From NCBI GenBank assembly GCA_040754455.1, contig JBFMCP010000006.1:1-64000 (forward strand): a DNA stretch of 64,000 nt. The letters run 5' to 3'. Below, piece after piece: positions 10,446 to 19,762 of the stretch. The notes beneath the pieces are model-generated. The model was given only the letters and a program-made list of their open reading frames with translations. It had not been told where the DNA came from and searched no databases. Positions within the stretch are counted from its first letter, which is position 1. Each line of letters starts with the position of its first letter. Made by a program: the position numbers and the translations under genes. The stretch is from Nitrospirota bacterium (GTDB taxonomy: Bacteria > Nitrospirota > Thermodesulfovibrionia > Thermodesulfovibrionales > Dissulfurispiraceae).

Positions 10446-10815
10446 CACTATAGTGCCGCCCTGCAGCACATCATAATGAGGACGATCAATTGCGCTGCCA
10501 AGGGCACATCCCTTTTTACCCGAAATGAAACTTTCAAGAGGTTGTAAGCCCGGGTGTTCTTCAATGTGACAAAGATAGTCCTGAGCTTGACAGCACGGGG
10601 AATGGGTGTCATCATTTATAGAATGGTCGATAGATTAACCACAATCCTGTTGTTTCAATTTCTCACCACACAACATCATACACACTGAAAAGCGGCCCGC
10701 TACCCCTGTGCGCCGGGACTATCTGTGCATGCAGAGCCGCTCTATGGTCAATTTCAAGAAAATGTGGGAGGTCGTTAATTCCTGCGCGGCATGCGCGGCA
10801 ATGGAGGAATTCATT

Positions 10816-12480
10816 ATGAAGAACGAACGGACACCGATTGTTTACGTTATAGGACACAAAACTCCGGATACGGATTCCGTCTGCTCGGCTATAGGACATG
10901 CGCACTTCAAGAACATTACTGACAAGCGCTTTCTCTTCACTCCTATGCGCGCCGGGCGCCTCAATGAGGAGACTCGATTTGTGCTCGAACGCTTCGGCGT
11001 TCCCTTTCCCGCTGAGATGGAGAGCCTGGCACCAACCATCGACGACCTGGAGTTGAGCAGGCCTGTCTCTATACATATCCGTGATTCAGTACAGTCGCTC
11101 GCCTTAATGTTGCGCAAACACGGCATCAGATCGGTTCCTGTGGTGGATGACAGCGGGCGTCTTGCAGGCATTGCAGGACTGAAGAATATTGCGCAGCATT
11201 ATATGGACAGCGTTGGGCTTACTGATCTGAGCAAGGCGCATGTCAGTCTCGATATTCTGGTGAAAACCCTTAACTGCAGAGTGATCAGCAATGCCAGGAG
11301 AATCGACCATCTGAGCGGCAGGGTGCTCATCGCCGCCATGCAGAAAGGGACGATGCTCAACAGGCTGCATCCCGGCGATATCGTTATTATCGGCGACCAG
11401 CATGACATCCAGAACGACCTTGTTGCTGCCGGGTGCTCCGCCCTCATAATTACCGATAACATGCCGGTGAGCAGTGATATTATCTCTGCAGCGGAAATGC
11501 ACGGGACCCTCTTGCTTTCCTCTCCTCACTCGGCCTTTGCTACGTTTCAACTGCTGACCATGGCGGTGCCTGTAGAGGCGGTCATGTGCTCTACCCCAAA
11601 TACTGCGGGGCTCGACACGCACCTTTCACATCTTCGCAAACGCATCCCCGGATCCGAATACCGCTCTGCAGTGGTGGTGGACAGCGATGATCGTCCGATC
11701 GGATTTATCACGATGACGGACCTGGTGCAGCCTGTCCGGAAAAAGGCCATCCTGGTAGACCATAATGAAATATCGCAGGCAGTCGACCATATCGGGGAAG
11801 CGGAAATTATAGAGATCATCGATCACCACCGGGTCGGCGACATCTCCACTGTTGCTCCCATCTACGTCTACAATGATCCGCTGGGGAGCACCTGCACCGT
11901 GGTAGCTGGTACCATGTTTCTCTACCAGATCGATATTCCACCGGAGATCGCAGGGATCCTGCTTTCAGGGATACTCTCCGACACCCTGATGCTCTCTCTG
12001 TCCACCACCACCGAGCGCGATCGCGGAATTGCCGAACGGCTTGCCGAGCTGGCGGGGGTCTCGATTAAAGACTATGGCAAAGAACTTCTCCATGCCAGCA
12101 TCAATATCGAAGGGAAAAGCGCAGCAGAGCTGATCGCCGCCGACTTCAAGGAATTCGTGATCGAGGACAAAAAGTTCGGGATCAGTCAGATGATGGTGCT
12201 CGACTGCGAGGACATCGAGGCTATGGAAGTGGAGCTCCTCGAGGAGCTGGAGCGGATGCGCGAGAAGAACAGGTATGATCTCACGGCACTGCTCATGACC
12301 AATCCTCTCAATGCGCAGCATGAGCACGTGCTTCTGAAGGGAGATACTTGGCTTGTGGAGCGGGCCTATGATGTAAAGGTGGAAGGCGATACCTGTTTTT
12401 TGCCCGGCATCCTTTCGCGGAAAAAGGATTTCATTCCGGCCATCGGAGAGGCCCTGCGGCAGAGCAGAAGGAGTGGGTGA
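10816..12480 (+). CDS. ppaC: Mn-dependent family II inorganic pyrophosphatase with CBS/DRTGG domains
   Basis: GHKTPDTDS, LVDHNE, IIDHH and SRKK motifs; CBS and DRTGG insert. Confidence 0.93.
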   Translation: MKNERTPIVYVIGHKTPDTDSVCSAIGHAHFKNITDKRFLFTPMRAGRLNEETRFVLERFGVPFPAEMESLAPTIDDLELSRPVSIHIRDSVQSLALMLRKHGIRSVPVVDDSGRLAGIAGLKNIAQHYMDSVGLTDLSKAHVSLDILVKTLNCRVISNARRIDHLSGRVLIAAMQKGTMLNRLHPGDIVIIGDQHDIQNDLVAAGCSALIITDNMPVSSDIISAAEMHGTLLLSSPHSAFATFQLLTMAVPVEAVMCSTPNTAGLDTHLSHLRKRIPGSEYRSAVVVDSDDRPIGFITMTDLVQPVRKKAILVDHNEISQAVDHIGEAEIIEIIDHHRVGDISTVAPIYVYNDPLGSTCTVVAGTMFLYQIDIPPEIAGILLSGILSDTLMLSLSTTTERDRGIAERLAELAGVSIKDYGKELLHASINIEGKSAAELIAADFKEFVIEDKKFGISQMMVLDCEDIEAMEVELLEELERMREKNRYDLTALLMTNPLNAQHEHVLLKGDTWLVERAYDVKVEGDTCFLPGILSRKKDFIPAIGEALRQSRRSG

Positions 12481-12499
12481 ACTTTTCTGTAACGAGACC

Positions 12500-12784
12500 T
12501 TATCGTTTGGGCAGGGTGAAGCTGATTACGTTGATGGTTACGGCATCTCCGGAGTTAGTATATTTTATTGCATTATCGAGAGGGTTTCTGATCATACGAT
12601 TTATCATGGCTGCATCGGCATTAATGGCAGGAATCGCTGTGTCCGACAGCTCAAAAGCTATGGTAATTTGTTTCTTTTCAGCCTCAACTTCTTCTGCTTC
12701 GATATTTTTCAGCATCTCCGCTTGCACATTAAAGGAAACAAGAAATTGACCTTCTGTCTCAATAAGAAAGTCAGGTCGGTCCAA
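12500..12784 (-). pseudogene. Histidine kinase HATPase fragment
   Basis: RMIRNPLDNAIKYT N-box with no upstream HisKA domain and no G boxes. Confidence 0.6.
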
Positions 12785-12917
12785 CTCGGAGTCCAGAATG
12801 GGCCTGAATGGTTGGCGAGATTACTCGCAATGGAAGACACGATTTACTCGAAATAAGCAGAATTTTAGAGCGATTTCAGGGCGGCAAAATTGACACAGTA
12901 TAAGCCATTGAAAAGAA

Positions 12918-12964
12918 AAGAGCCGGGAAGCGGACTCGAACCGCCGACCTGCTGATTACGAATC
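12918..12964. repeat. att site (distal copy of the tRNA-Thr 3' half)
   Basis: AAGAGCCGGGAAGCGGACTCGAACCGCCGACCTGCTGATTACGAATC, identical to 25361-25407. Confidence 0.97.
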
Positions 12965-13104
12965 GCTTAAAACTACCTCCGCAAGACCTTGAAAAACCCC
13001 ACAAACCCGCATAAATACTAGCTTTGCAGGCTTTTTACATCTTTTCGATATTCATCAAAATGCACGAATATTCATGCAAATTTATCACAAATTTAGCACA
13101 GTGA

Positions 13105-13210
13105 TTACATGAAGGCTTTTCTTCTTTTAAAAGCCTTCACGTCGCTTGCAGACAATTCGAACCATTCCCCGTTTTTTCGTCTGTCTGCAAATCGACCATG
13201 CCAGTCGAAA
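13105..13210 (-). pseudogene. C-terminal fragment of a GIY-YIG/T5orf172-like protein
   Basis: [18 protein letters not shown] motif without the N-terminal part. Confidence 0.5.
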
Positions 13211-13295
13211 GGCAAAAAATAAAGGAAACAGATCACATACGCCATCTCAGGTTTCTTGGTACGATCAACGGCATTAAATACATAGGAGGCATTAT

Positions 13296-13424
13296 ATGAC
13301 GAGGCAGGAAGCAAAAGAAAAAGCAGCAGAGGTGATCGTTAGAATGGTTGCGGAGATCGAGACTAACGGTTGTCACTCGATCAAAGAGAGCGAATTACGG
13401 GAGATTGCCGACGCCCTGAAGTAG
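13296..13424 (+). CDS. 42-aa hypothetical protein (not in ORF track)
   Basis: [51 protein letters not shown]; hairpin downstream. Confidence 0.6.
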   Translation: MTRQEAKEKAAEVIVRMVAEIETNGCHSIKESELREIADALK

Positions 13425-13594
13425 CAGCGAACCCAGAGCCCCAAAGACGACAAAGAGCCCCGATCCGTTGCCGGAAAAGGGCTCTTTGCTTTGACAGGAG
13501 GTACTTATGGATATCTCTTGTAATAGCATCATCGAGACATAATTTTTTCTACTCGGCGCTATTTTCATATGTATCAACTTTTAGGAGGATACTT

Positions 13595-15007
13595 ATGGAA
13601 AAGAAGCGTTTCACCGAAGAAGAAAAAGCACAAGCAAGGGCAATCGATTTACCAGCTTACCTTGAGAGCAAAGGCATCAAAATTAAACTACGGGCACCGA
13701 TTCAATCACCGTTCCGCGTGGACCGACGACCATCCTTCAGTATCTACCAGCACAAAAAAAACGGTGACTGGGTAGGCTACGACTATTCACAGCAGAAGAC
13801 TTACGACGCAATCGCCATCGTCAGCGGGTTTACCAAGTTAGACTTTGTCGCGAGCGTCAAAGATATGCTCAACTACATCAACAGCCCTCAGCAACAGACA
13901 CAGGCGACGACCACGACCAACAACAGGGCGCAGAAAGAAGATACCAAATACAACGACGACGGCTTACCAATTGAGCGCACAACCAGCCGAGGCAACACCT
14001 TTACCTATAACTGGATCGACTCCGGCGACGAGTACGCGAGAGGAAAGGCGCTTGACCATTTCGTTGAAGACCGAAAGCTTCCTGCCGGAGCCCTGAACTT
14101 CCTTCTCAATGAAATGGGCTGCAGACTTGTCGAGATAAAAAACCAGGGTAACAGCTATGACCCCCGGTTATTCCTTGGTATAAAAAACGTCAATGGCGGC
14201 TGGGCGTTCAAGAGCCTCGATAAGTACGGATTCGATCAAAGCATACCGCCAACCGGCGCGAGCATTGCAAAGCTCAAAGGGGATGAAGTGCCAACCCTCG
14301 ACAGCAAACACGCCAATGTCGTCATCGTAGAGTCTTTAGCCAATGCCGGAGCATGGCGCTACGCACTCGATGAAGATGTGTATTTTACCGATACCCGCAG
14401 CGGCGATACGTATCTGATATCACTCAACAGCGCAAACAATGCCAAGGATGTCGAGGGGATTCTCAACGACCTGAAGGCTAAAGGTTACGAGAGTATCAGG
14501 GTCGCCAGCCATACAGATTATGATCCAACAGGGGAAGACGCCAATACAAAAATCGTGGGAATGGTAGAAGCGCTCCAAGCGCAGGGCATCAATATCGAGA
14601 TCGATCAAAGAGAGCGTAAAGCTATCGGGTGCGCTCTCGCCAACACAGAGAAACAAATCAATACCCTCTTAGCTCTCCAAGAGTATGACACCAAGGTCGA
14701 GAAGATCAAGGATTTAAAAGGGCAGATGTTTATTGAATCGGAGATTAGGCGGCAGATATGGGACATAAAAAACTACATCCCCTCTGATTCTGACAGCGCC
14801 GAGGAACAGGCAAGGGGAATACATCTTGCACTCAATTTCGACGAGGCATACAGCGCGAAGCGCGAAGAGCTGTACCCGCGAAAGCCTCTCGCTCTACCGA
14901 CTAGCGACTCCATGGCCGACATCATCGACGCGCCCCCGGCCAAGAGCCTACAGAGGGCGCAGGAAGGAAAAGCTAATACCGAAACATCCTGGAGACCGTT
15001 CCCCTAG
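13595..15007 (+). CDS. DNA primase (degenerate Cys-free CHC2-like domain plus TOPRIM)
   Basis: SPFRVDRRPSF...W..YD...DAI N-domain; VVIVES and DYD TOPRIM acidic motifs; AGGAGG RBS. Confidence 0.75.
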   Translation: MEKKRFTEEEKAQARAIDLPAYLESKGIKIKLRAPIQSPFRVDRRPSFSIYQHKKNGDWVGYDYSQQKTYDAIAIVSGFTKLDFVASVKDMLNYINSPQQQTQATTTTNNRAQKEDTKYNDDGLPIERTTSRGNTFTYNWIDSGDEYARGKALDHFVEDRKLPAGALNFLLNEMGCRLVEIKNQGNSYDPRLFLGIKNVNGGWAFKSLDKYGFDQSIPPTGASIAKLKGDEVPTLDSKHANVVIVESLANAGAWRYALDEDVYFTDTRSGDTYLISLNSANNAKDVEGILNDLKAKGYESIRVASHTDYDPTGEDANTKIVGMVEALQAQGINIEIDQRERKAIGCALANTEKQINTLLALQEYDTKVEKIKDLKGQMFIESEIRRQIWDIKNYIPSDSDSAEEQARGIHLALNFDEAYSAKREELYPRKPLALPTSDSMADIIDAPPAKSLQRAQEGKANTETSWRPFP

Positions 15008-15183
15008 AGAAGCCCCTTTAAATCGCCTTAGATTCGCTCAGAGCCCCGGTGATGTTCCGGGGCTTTTTATTTTTCATTTCCCGGACAATGTCCACCGTAT
15101 ACGCATATTATTTTGACCTCATTGCTATTACTTATAGGTGAGACGGTCAAAGACTGTCTACACCAAAGTAATGGAGGATTCAA

Positions 15184-15318
15184 ATGGAAAAGAAGGCAAT
15201 CAAACTGACTGTACGGGTAACGGCAGATGATTACAAAAAGCTACTCCAGAAGGCAGAGCAACAGGGTATCGGCGTAGCCACTGTTATACGTATGGCAGTG
15301 CGTCAGGAGGTGAAGTAA
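15184..15318 (+). CDS. 44-aa CopG-like ribbon-helix-helix protein (not in ORF track)
   Basis: GGAGG RBS; MEKKAIKLTVRVTADDYKKLLQKAEQQGIGVATVIRMAVRQEVK*; TAATG coupling to the next gene. Confidence 0.75.
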   Translation: MEKKAIKLTVRVTADDYKKLLQKAEQQGIGVATVIRMAVRQEVK

Positions 15319-15518
15319 TGTCCAGAGAAATCGCAAACGAAAAAAACGGCGAAAACATCGCTGCGAAGATCAACGGCGAATTCTACCCCGCAGGTAATTT
15401 TACGTCAGTGGAAGTAACTGACGGCGGGGTCTTTAGATTTAAAAAGGAAGAGGGCGAGATTTATGTAACCGGTAATATCTCCGTTACCGTGTGGGCTAAG
15501 AACGCCTCAAGGAGGTAA
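15318..15518 (+). CDS. Hypothetical 66-aa protein
   Basis: Translationally coupled; AGGAGG RBS. Confidence 0.65.
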   Translation: MSREIANEKNGENIAAKINGEFYPAGNFTSVEVTDGGVFRFKKEEGEIYVTGNISVTVWAKNASRR

Positions 15519-15521
15519 TCC

Positions 15522-17021
15522 ATGACCACAAAAAAAACGCCCCCGGCCAGCACCGGAGGCAATGGAAACGGAACCATGTCTACTGAAGATAATAGCGTAG
15601 CCACCGAACTTCCTTACGTTCTTTTTCCAGGGACGGCGGGGGCACCTCTGGAGCCAGGGCGGACAGGGAAAAAGAAAAACGAGCACCTAGAACACGCACG
15701 CGCTGAACTCAGCGCCGGACGTTGCGGAGCAGTACGTATGTATTACGATTTGAAGGCAGGGAGTTACTTTTTGATCAACTCCCAGGACGAAATAATATTC
15801 CTGAAGGAAACCGGGGCTAAAAAAACTATCTATGATGCTTTTGGAGTGAGTGGCAAAGAGGCGCAAGCGCTCATGCTCGACGTAATGAAAGTCTATCGCG
15901 TCTTTGATCCGGCAGCGCCGGAGATCGAATACGGCAGTGAAGGTGAAGCGCCGACGCTGAACATGTTTAAACCTTCTCGATACATGGAAATTGCCGACAA
16001 AACCATGAAGGATGAACGCATAACCGAATTAGACTGGGATAAGTACCCATCGGTGCGCTTGCTCCTTAGCAACGTCTTCGGTGATGATGAGGCGGGAGTC
16101 ATGTATTTCGTGAATTGGTTAAGCACGATCATCAACACTCGCCGCAAAACCAAGACAGCCATAGTATTGAAGGGTAGCCAAGGCGCAGGGAAAGGCGTAC
16201 TATTCGATCACGTTATCTCAAAGGCTATCGGAGAGAAATATTGCGCGATCGTCTCTAATGAAGAACTGAGAAGTGACTTTAACGATATCTTGGATAACCG
16301 GCTTTGCGTCGCATTCAACGAAATTCGGGCTGATCTACACGAACGTAATACTGTTTATGAGCGCTTGAAAGCTTATGTTACCGATGACAAAATTATTATC
16401 AATGGTAAATATCGGGCAGCGGTGCAGCAGCCGCAATTCTTCAACTGTGTCGTTTTTTCTAACCATGAAATTCCTTTACAGATTGAATGGTCAGACAGGA
16501 GATACAGTGTCTTCGAAACATCGCTATACAAGTTGCCGGAAGTAGTTAATCGAGAGTACGGCGACGATGTCACTATGTCGGAATTTATAGGGAGGATTTT
16601 GCCGCCAGAGGTAGACGAATTTCTCTCCGATGTTGCACGTTTCCGCTATGACATTACAACAGCAATGACCGCGAGAGCATCGGCGGCCAAGAAGAGAATA
16701 CAGGAATCAACAACGACCGCAATTATTAAACTTATCTCTCACATGAGGGAGAAAAACGTCGAATGGCTGGAGTCAGAGTTAGCGCCGCTGGCCGAAGCAA
16801 AGCAAGCGGCGGGGAGCCTTGTTGAATGGCAACGCTTGGAAGATTTCTTAAAAGAGGTCCAGGAGAACAAGTACACTCAGGAAACCTTAAAATGGTTGTA
16901 CCTCATTTACATTGGTCCTGAACAAAGTGAACGTAAAATATGGCAGACCTGGACGACACATATCAGCCATACTTACGTCAGCAACAGTACCCGGTACAGA
17001 TCGTTCGAACGTACTAAATAG
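15522..17021 (+). CDS. SF3-type (DUF5906/primase-helicase family) replication helicase
   Basis: Walker A GSQGAGKG, Walker B-like VAFNE, motif C FSN, DRR arginine finger. Confidence 0.85.
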   Translation: MTTKKTPPASTGGNGNGTMSTEDNSVATELPYVLFPGTAGAPLEPGRTGKKKNEHLEHARAELSAGRCGAVRMYYDLKAGSYFLINSQDEIIFLKETGAKKTIYDAFGVSGKEAQALMLDVMKVYRVFDPAAPEIEYGSEGEAPTLNMFKPSRYMEIADKTMKDERITELDWDKYPSVRLLLSNVFGDDEAGVMYFVNWLSTIINTRRKTKTAIVLKGSQGAGKGVLFDHVISKAIGEKYCAIVSNEELRSDFNDILDNRLCVAFNEIRADLHERNTVYERLKAYVTDDKIIINGKYRAAVQQPQFFNCVVFSNHEIPLQIEWSDRRYSVFETSLYKLPEVVNREYGDDVTMSEFIGRILPPEVDEFLSDVARFRYDITTAMTARASAAKKRIQESTTTAIIKLISHMREKNVEWLESELAPLAEAKQAAGSLVEWQRLEDFLKEVQENKYTQETLKWLYLIYIGPEQSERKIWQTWTTHISHTYVSNSTRYRSFERTK

Positions 17022-17239
17022 TACCCTTCAGTACACGGCAGTACAGAAGTACACTATTTTTCGGAAAAAACTCTTTTCCGGCGTTTTCTCCTGCTCTGGG
17101 TGGCGGCGTGGTTCTACACTTTTTTTCTTATATTTTACTGTACTTCTGTACTGAAAGAGAGATAAGGGTATGATATTGTTGTACTTTTGGGCAGTACACT
17201 TCTCAGTACAGATGGAGTACACTTGTACTTGTTCTGTAC
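16987..17239. repeat. GTAC iteron array, putative replication origin
   Basis: 15 GTAC cores in about 250 bp, flanking a T-rich tract right after the helicase gene. Confidence 0.7.
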
Positions 17240-17479
17240 TGTTCTGTGTGCTTTTCCCTGATGCTGAAAGACGGGCATAGTAGAAAAAAGGTAGTTAAGG
17301 ACAACAACAACTCCCTGCCCAAGCCGCCGAGACGATCCCCAGCCGCCCGCCCAGGATGACGGCCAGCGGGCCGAGGTACCCCAGGAACCCGGAAAACGCA
17401 AAAATGACGGAAAAGAGCCTTGCCCCCTGTCGAGAAGTTGACACGCAAAAACCGGGGGTTGAGCGTCAATTCCTTGAGT

Positions 17480-17516
17480 AACCCCCCCTCTGGAAAATTT
17501 TTCCAGAGGGGGGGTT
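17480..17516. repeat. 37-bp perfect palindrome
   Basis: AACCCCCCCTCTGGAAAA-T-TTTTCCAGAGGGGGGGTT. Confidence 0.9.
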
Positions 17517-17738
17517 TGTAAAGACTATCTACTGATTACACTTATCAATTAACTTGACCTTGCGCCCGGTCTTCCGGCCCGCCTGCCTTGCTCTTTCTCA
17601 TATAAGAAAGAAAACTTCCATTTTGCGTTATATACGGTGGACGCCGACGCCGTTTCGATCCCTTGATATTCTCTTTCTGAGCCCCCTTTCCCTCTCCTTG
17701 CTATTACTTCCTATATCAATTTCGACAGGAGGAAACAC

Positions 17739-18164
17739 ATGAATAACGACGACTCTCTCAAGGACATCATCGACGCGAAGCCGATCAAGTTAACACCCCA
17801 GGCGCAGCCAGCGCCGGGAGATGATACCATCGAAGCCGACAATATCACTATGACGTACACGTTGACGCGCAAAGACCTTGAGGCGCACATGCGGAAATTG
17901 TACGAGATGACTAGCGCAGATAAATTCGATACGGCTGTGAGCTTGGCTTGGTATAAATTTGACCCCACGAAAGATCGTGACACAGCGAATATGATGAGCC
18001 TTTTGACTGTCCTAGCAAGGTGTGAGCAGGACGGGGCAATTAAGCCCCCGGTTTCGTTGTCAGAGATGTACGCAGTAGCAGCCGGGAAGATCAACCCCGG
18101 CCAGGGGAAGCAGTTCCCCGGCGCGGGAGGCGGGCCGACGATGATAAGCGGAGTCCGAGGATAG
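17739..18164 (+). CDS. Hypothetical protein
   Basis: AGGAGG RBS; terminator follows. Confidence 0.7.
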   Translation: MNNDDSLKDIIDAKPIKLTPQAQPAPGDDTIEADNITMTYTLTRKDLEAHMRKLYEMTSADKFDTAVSLAWYKFDPTKDRDTANMMSLLTVLARCEQDGAIKPPVSLSEMYAVAAGKINPGQGKQFPGAGGGPTMISGVRG

Positions 18165-18183
18165 AAGGAAAGAAAAGAGAGAG

Positions 18184-18209
18184 AGCCCGGTAGAGATACC
18201 GGGCTTTTT
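18184..18209 (+). terminator. Intrinsic terminator between convergent genes
   Basis: AGCCCGGTA...TACCGGGCT followed by a T run. Confidence 0.75.
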
Positions 18210-18211
18210 TA

Positions 18212-19042
18212 TTACCGAAGGAGCAGGCGGGCAGTAGCAACCAGAGTAAGACCAAGACAAATCGCAAAAAGTACGGCCATCAACAAAAGGAAAGCCCGGT
18301 CTGTAAGCTTGTATTTCTCGCGATGCTCTCGGAAACGAGCTTGCAGGGCGTTGTATTGCGCCAAGAGACTATCATACTTTTCTCCTGAAGCCCTTTTTTC
18401 ATTCAGGGCTTTTTCCGCCTCTTTTAGCGACTCCCTCAGCGTATCACGCTCATTTGTCAGAGCGCTCACCTTATCGCACATGTCGCAACTGACCGGAGCC
18501 GTTGTGGACACCGAAGCAGCAGCCTTTAAATCCTCTATCTGACCTTGCAGCTCAGCGATATTGAGCAGCGTTCTGGATAGCTCTGCTTTCGTATCGCATC
18601 TCTCGCAATCGGCAGAGACATGGATAGTCTCGCGCTCTTCCTGGAGTTCTCTTTCAAGACCGGCGACTCTGGAGCAGGAGTCGCACGAAGGCACGTTGAT
18701 TACCTCATGAGATATGTCATCGATTTGTCTTTGCAGATTGTTGACATTCTGACAATTATTACAATTCCGCTCGACTTCCAGGGCGCGGAGCTGATCGAAG
18801 AGCCTTTCAATTTCCTCCTTATCTTCCTTTTTGGCATCTTCGAAACCGGCGTCAAAGCCCTCTGTATATTCCTTGCAATTATCGCAATCGGGAGCCTGTA
18901 TACAGGTCTCCCCTTCCTGCTTACAGGGGTGTAAACAGTCCAGGACTAAGCCCTTAACAAACTCGGAAATAGTTCCGTCAGCCCTTTCCTTTAATGCGTC
19001 AAAGTCCTCTTCTGAGATTCTAAAGCTTATCGGTTTACTCAT
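18212..19042 (-). CDS. RHH DNA-binding protein with five CxxC-punctuated coiled-coil segments and a C-terminal TM helix
   Basis: AGGAGG RBS at 19051-19056; KPISFRISEEDFDALK RHH; CDNC, CNNC, CDSC, CERC, CDMC; AFLLLMAVLFAICLGLTLVATA tail. Confidence 0.8.
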   Translation of the reverse strand: MSKPISFRISEEDFDALKERADGTISEFVKGLVLDCLHPCKQEGETCIQAPDCDNCKEYTEGFDAGFEDAKKEDKEEIERLFDQLRALEVERNCNNCQNVNNLQRQIDDISHEVINVPSCDSCSRVAGLERELQEERETIHVSADCERCDTKAELSRTLLNIAELQGQIEDLKAAASVSTTAPVSCDMCDKVSALTNERDTLRESLKEAEKALNEKRASGEKYDSLLAQYNALQARFREHREKYKLTDRAFLLLMAVLFAICLGLTLVATARLLLR

Positions 19043-19212
19043 TGTATACACCTCCTGTATACGGGAAATCATCTGTATACAGGTATCAATAGCCCTGTAT
19101 ACAGGAAAGCCCCTCAACCTGTATACAGCTTATGCCCTGTATACAAAAATCTGTATACAGTCCCCCTGAAGTGTATACAAACCCGTATACAACCCTAAAA
19201 AACCTGTATACA
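19043..19212. repeat. Array of ten (T)GTATAC(A) palindromes
   Basis: Copies start at 19043, 19056, 19074, 19096, 19120, 19138, 19152, 19172, 19184, 19205. Confidence 0.92.
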
Positions 19213-19269
19213 AGGGTTTAAACACCCCCTCCATACGCATATAAATTTGAGGTCAACGCTATTGTTATA

Positions 19270-19390
19270 AGAAGAAGCAAGCAGTAGATCGCGACGCCGC
19301 CCTTTCAGGGCAGCTTACGCGCTGCTTGCCCCTCTCGGATGAGAGGGGATACCCCGCCCCCGATGGGGGCACCCCGCACGCGGGGATAGG
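19270..19390. other. Putative oriT
   Basis: Nested inverted repeats (GCAAGCAG/CTGCTTGC, GCCCCC/GGGGGC, CCCCGC/GCGGGG) directly upstream of mobC. Confidence 0.55.
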
Positions 19391-19412
19391 AGAACGACCA
19401 GGAGGAACGGCA

Positions 19413-19706
19413 ATGAGAAAACGTTTAACAGTCCGAATCACTGAAGACGAGCACGCTACTATCCAGGATAAAGCCGCAATCGCCGGGCTCAGCATGTCGA
19501 AGTATCTCATAAAGGCAGGACTCTCGCGGCAGATCAAGCCGCCGTTACCGGAGGAGGTACGGAGGGCTATAGCAGGGTTCGGCAGGAACCTTAATCAGCT
19601 TGCCCATAAATGCAATATCAACGACGCAGCACCAGAGGCGGGCGAAGTAAGGGAATTAAGGGAAGACGTAAGGGAGCTTTTAGAGGCGATCGCGGACAGG
19701 GCTTAG
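19413..19706 (+). CDS. mobC: Relaxosome accessory protein MobC
   Basis: RHH N-terminus and GRNLNQLAH motif. Confidence 0.88.
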   Translation: MRKRLTVRITEDEHATIQDKAAIAGLSMSKYLIKAGLSRQIKPPLPEEVRRAIAGFGRNLNQLAHKCNINDAAPEAGEVRELREDVRELLEAIADRA

Positions 19707-19762
19707 GGGACTTTCTCATATAAGAAAGTTTTGACTGATTTTGCGTATTGAGAGGGGACAAA

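Noticed and set aside
12918..12964. Second tRNA-Thr gene
   Set aside because: Only the 3' half is present; it is the att duplication
19043..19212. TGTATACA array as a CRISPR array
   Set aside because: Repeats are 8 bp with gaps of only 4-16 bp, and there are no cas genes in the window
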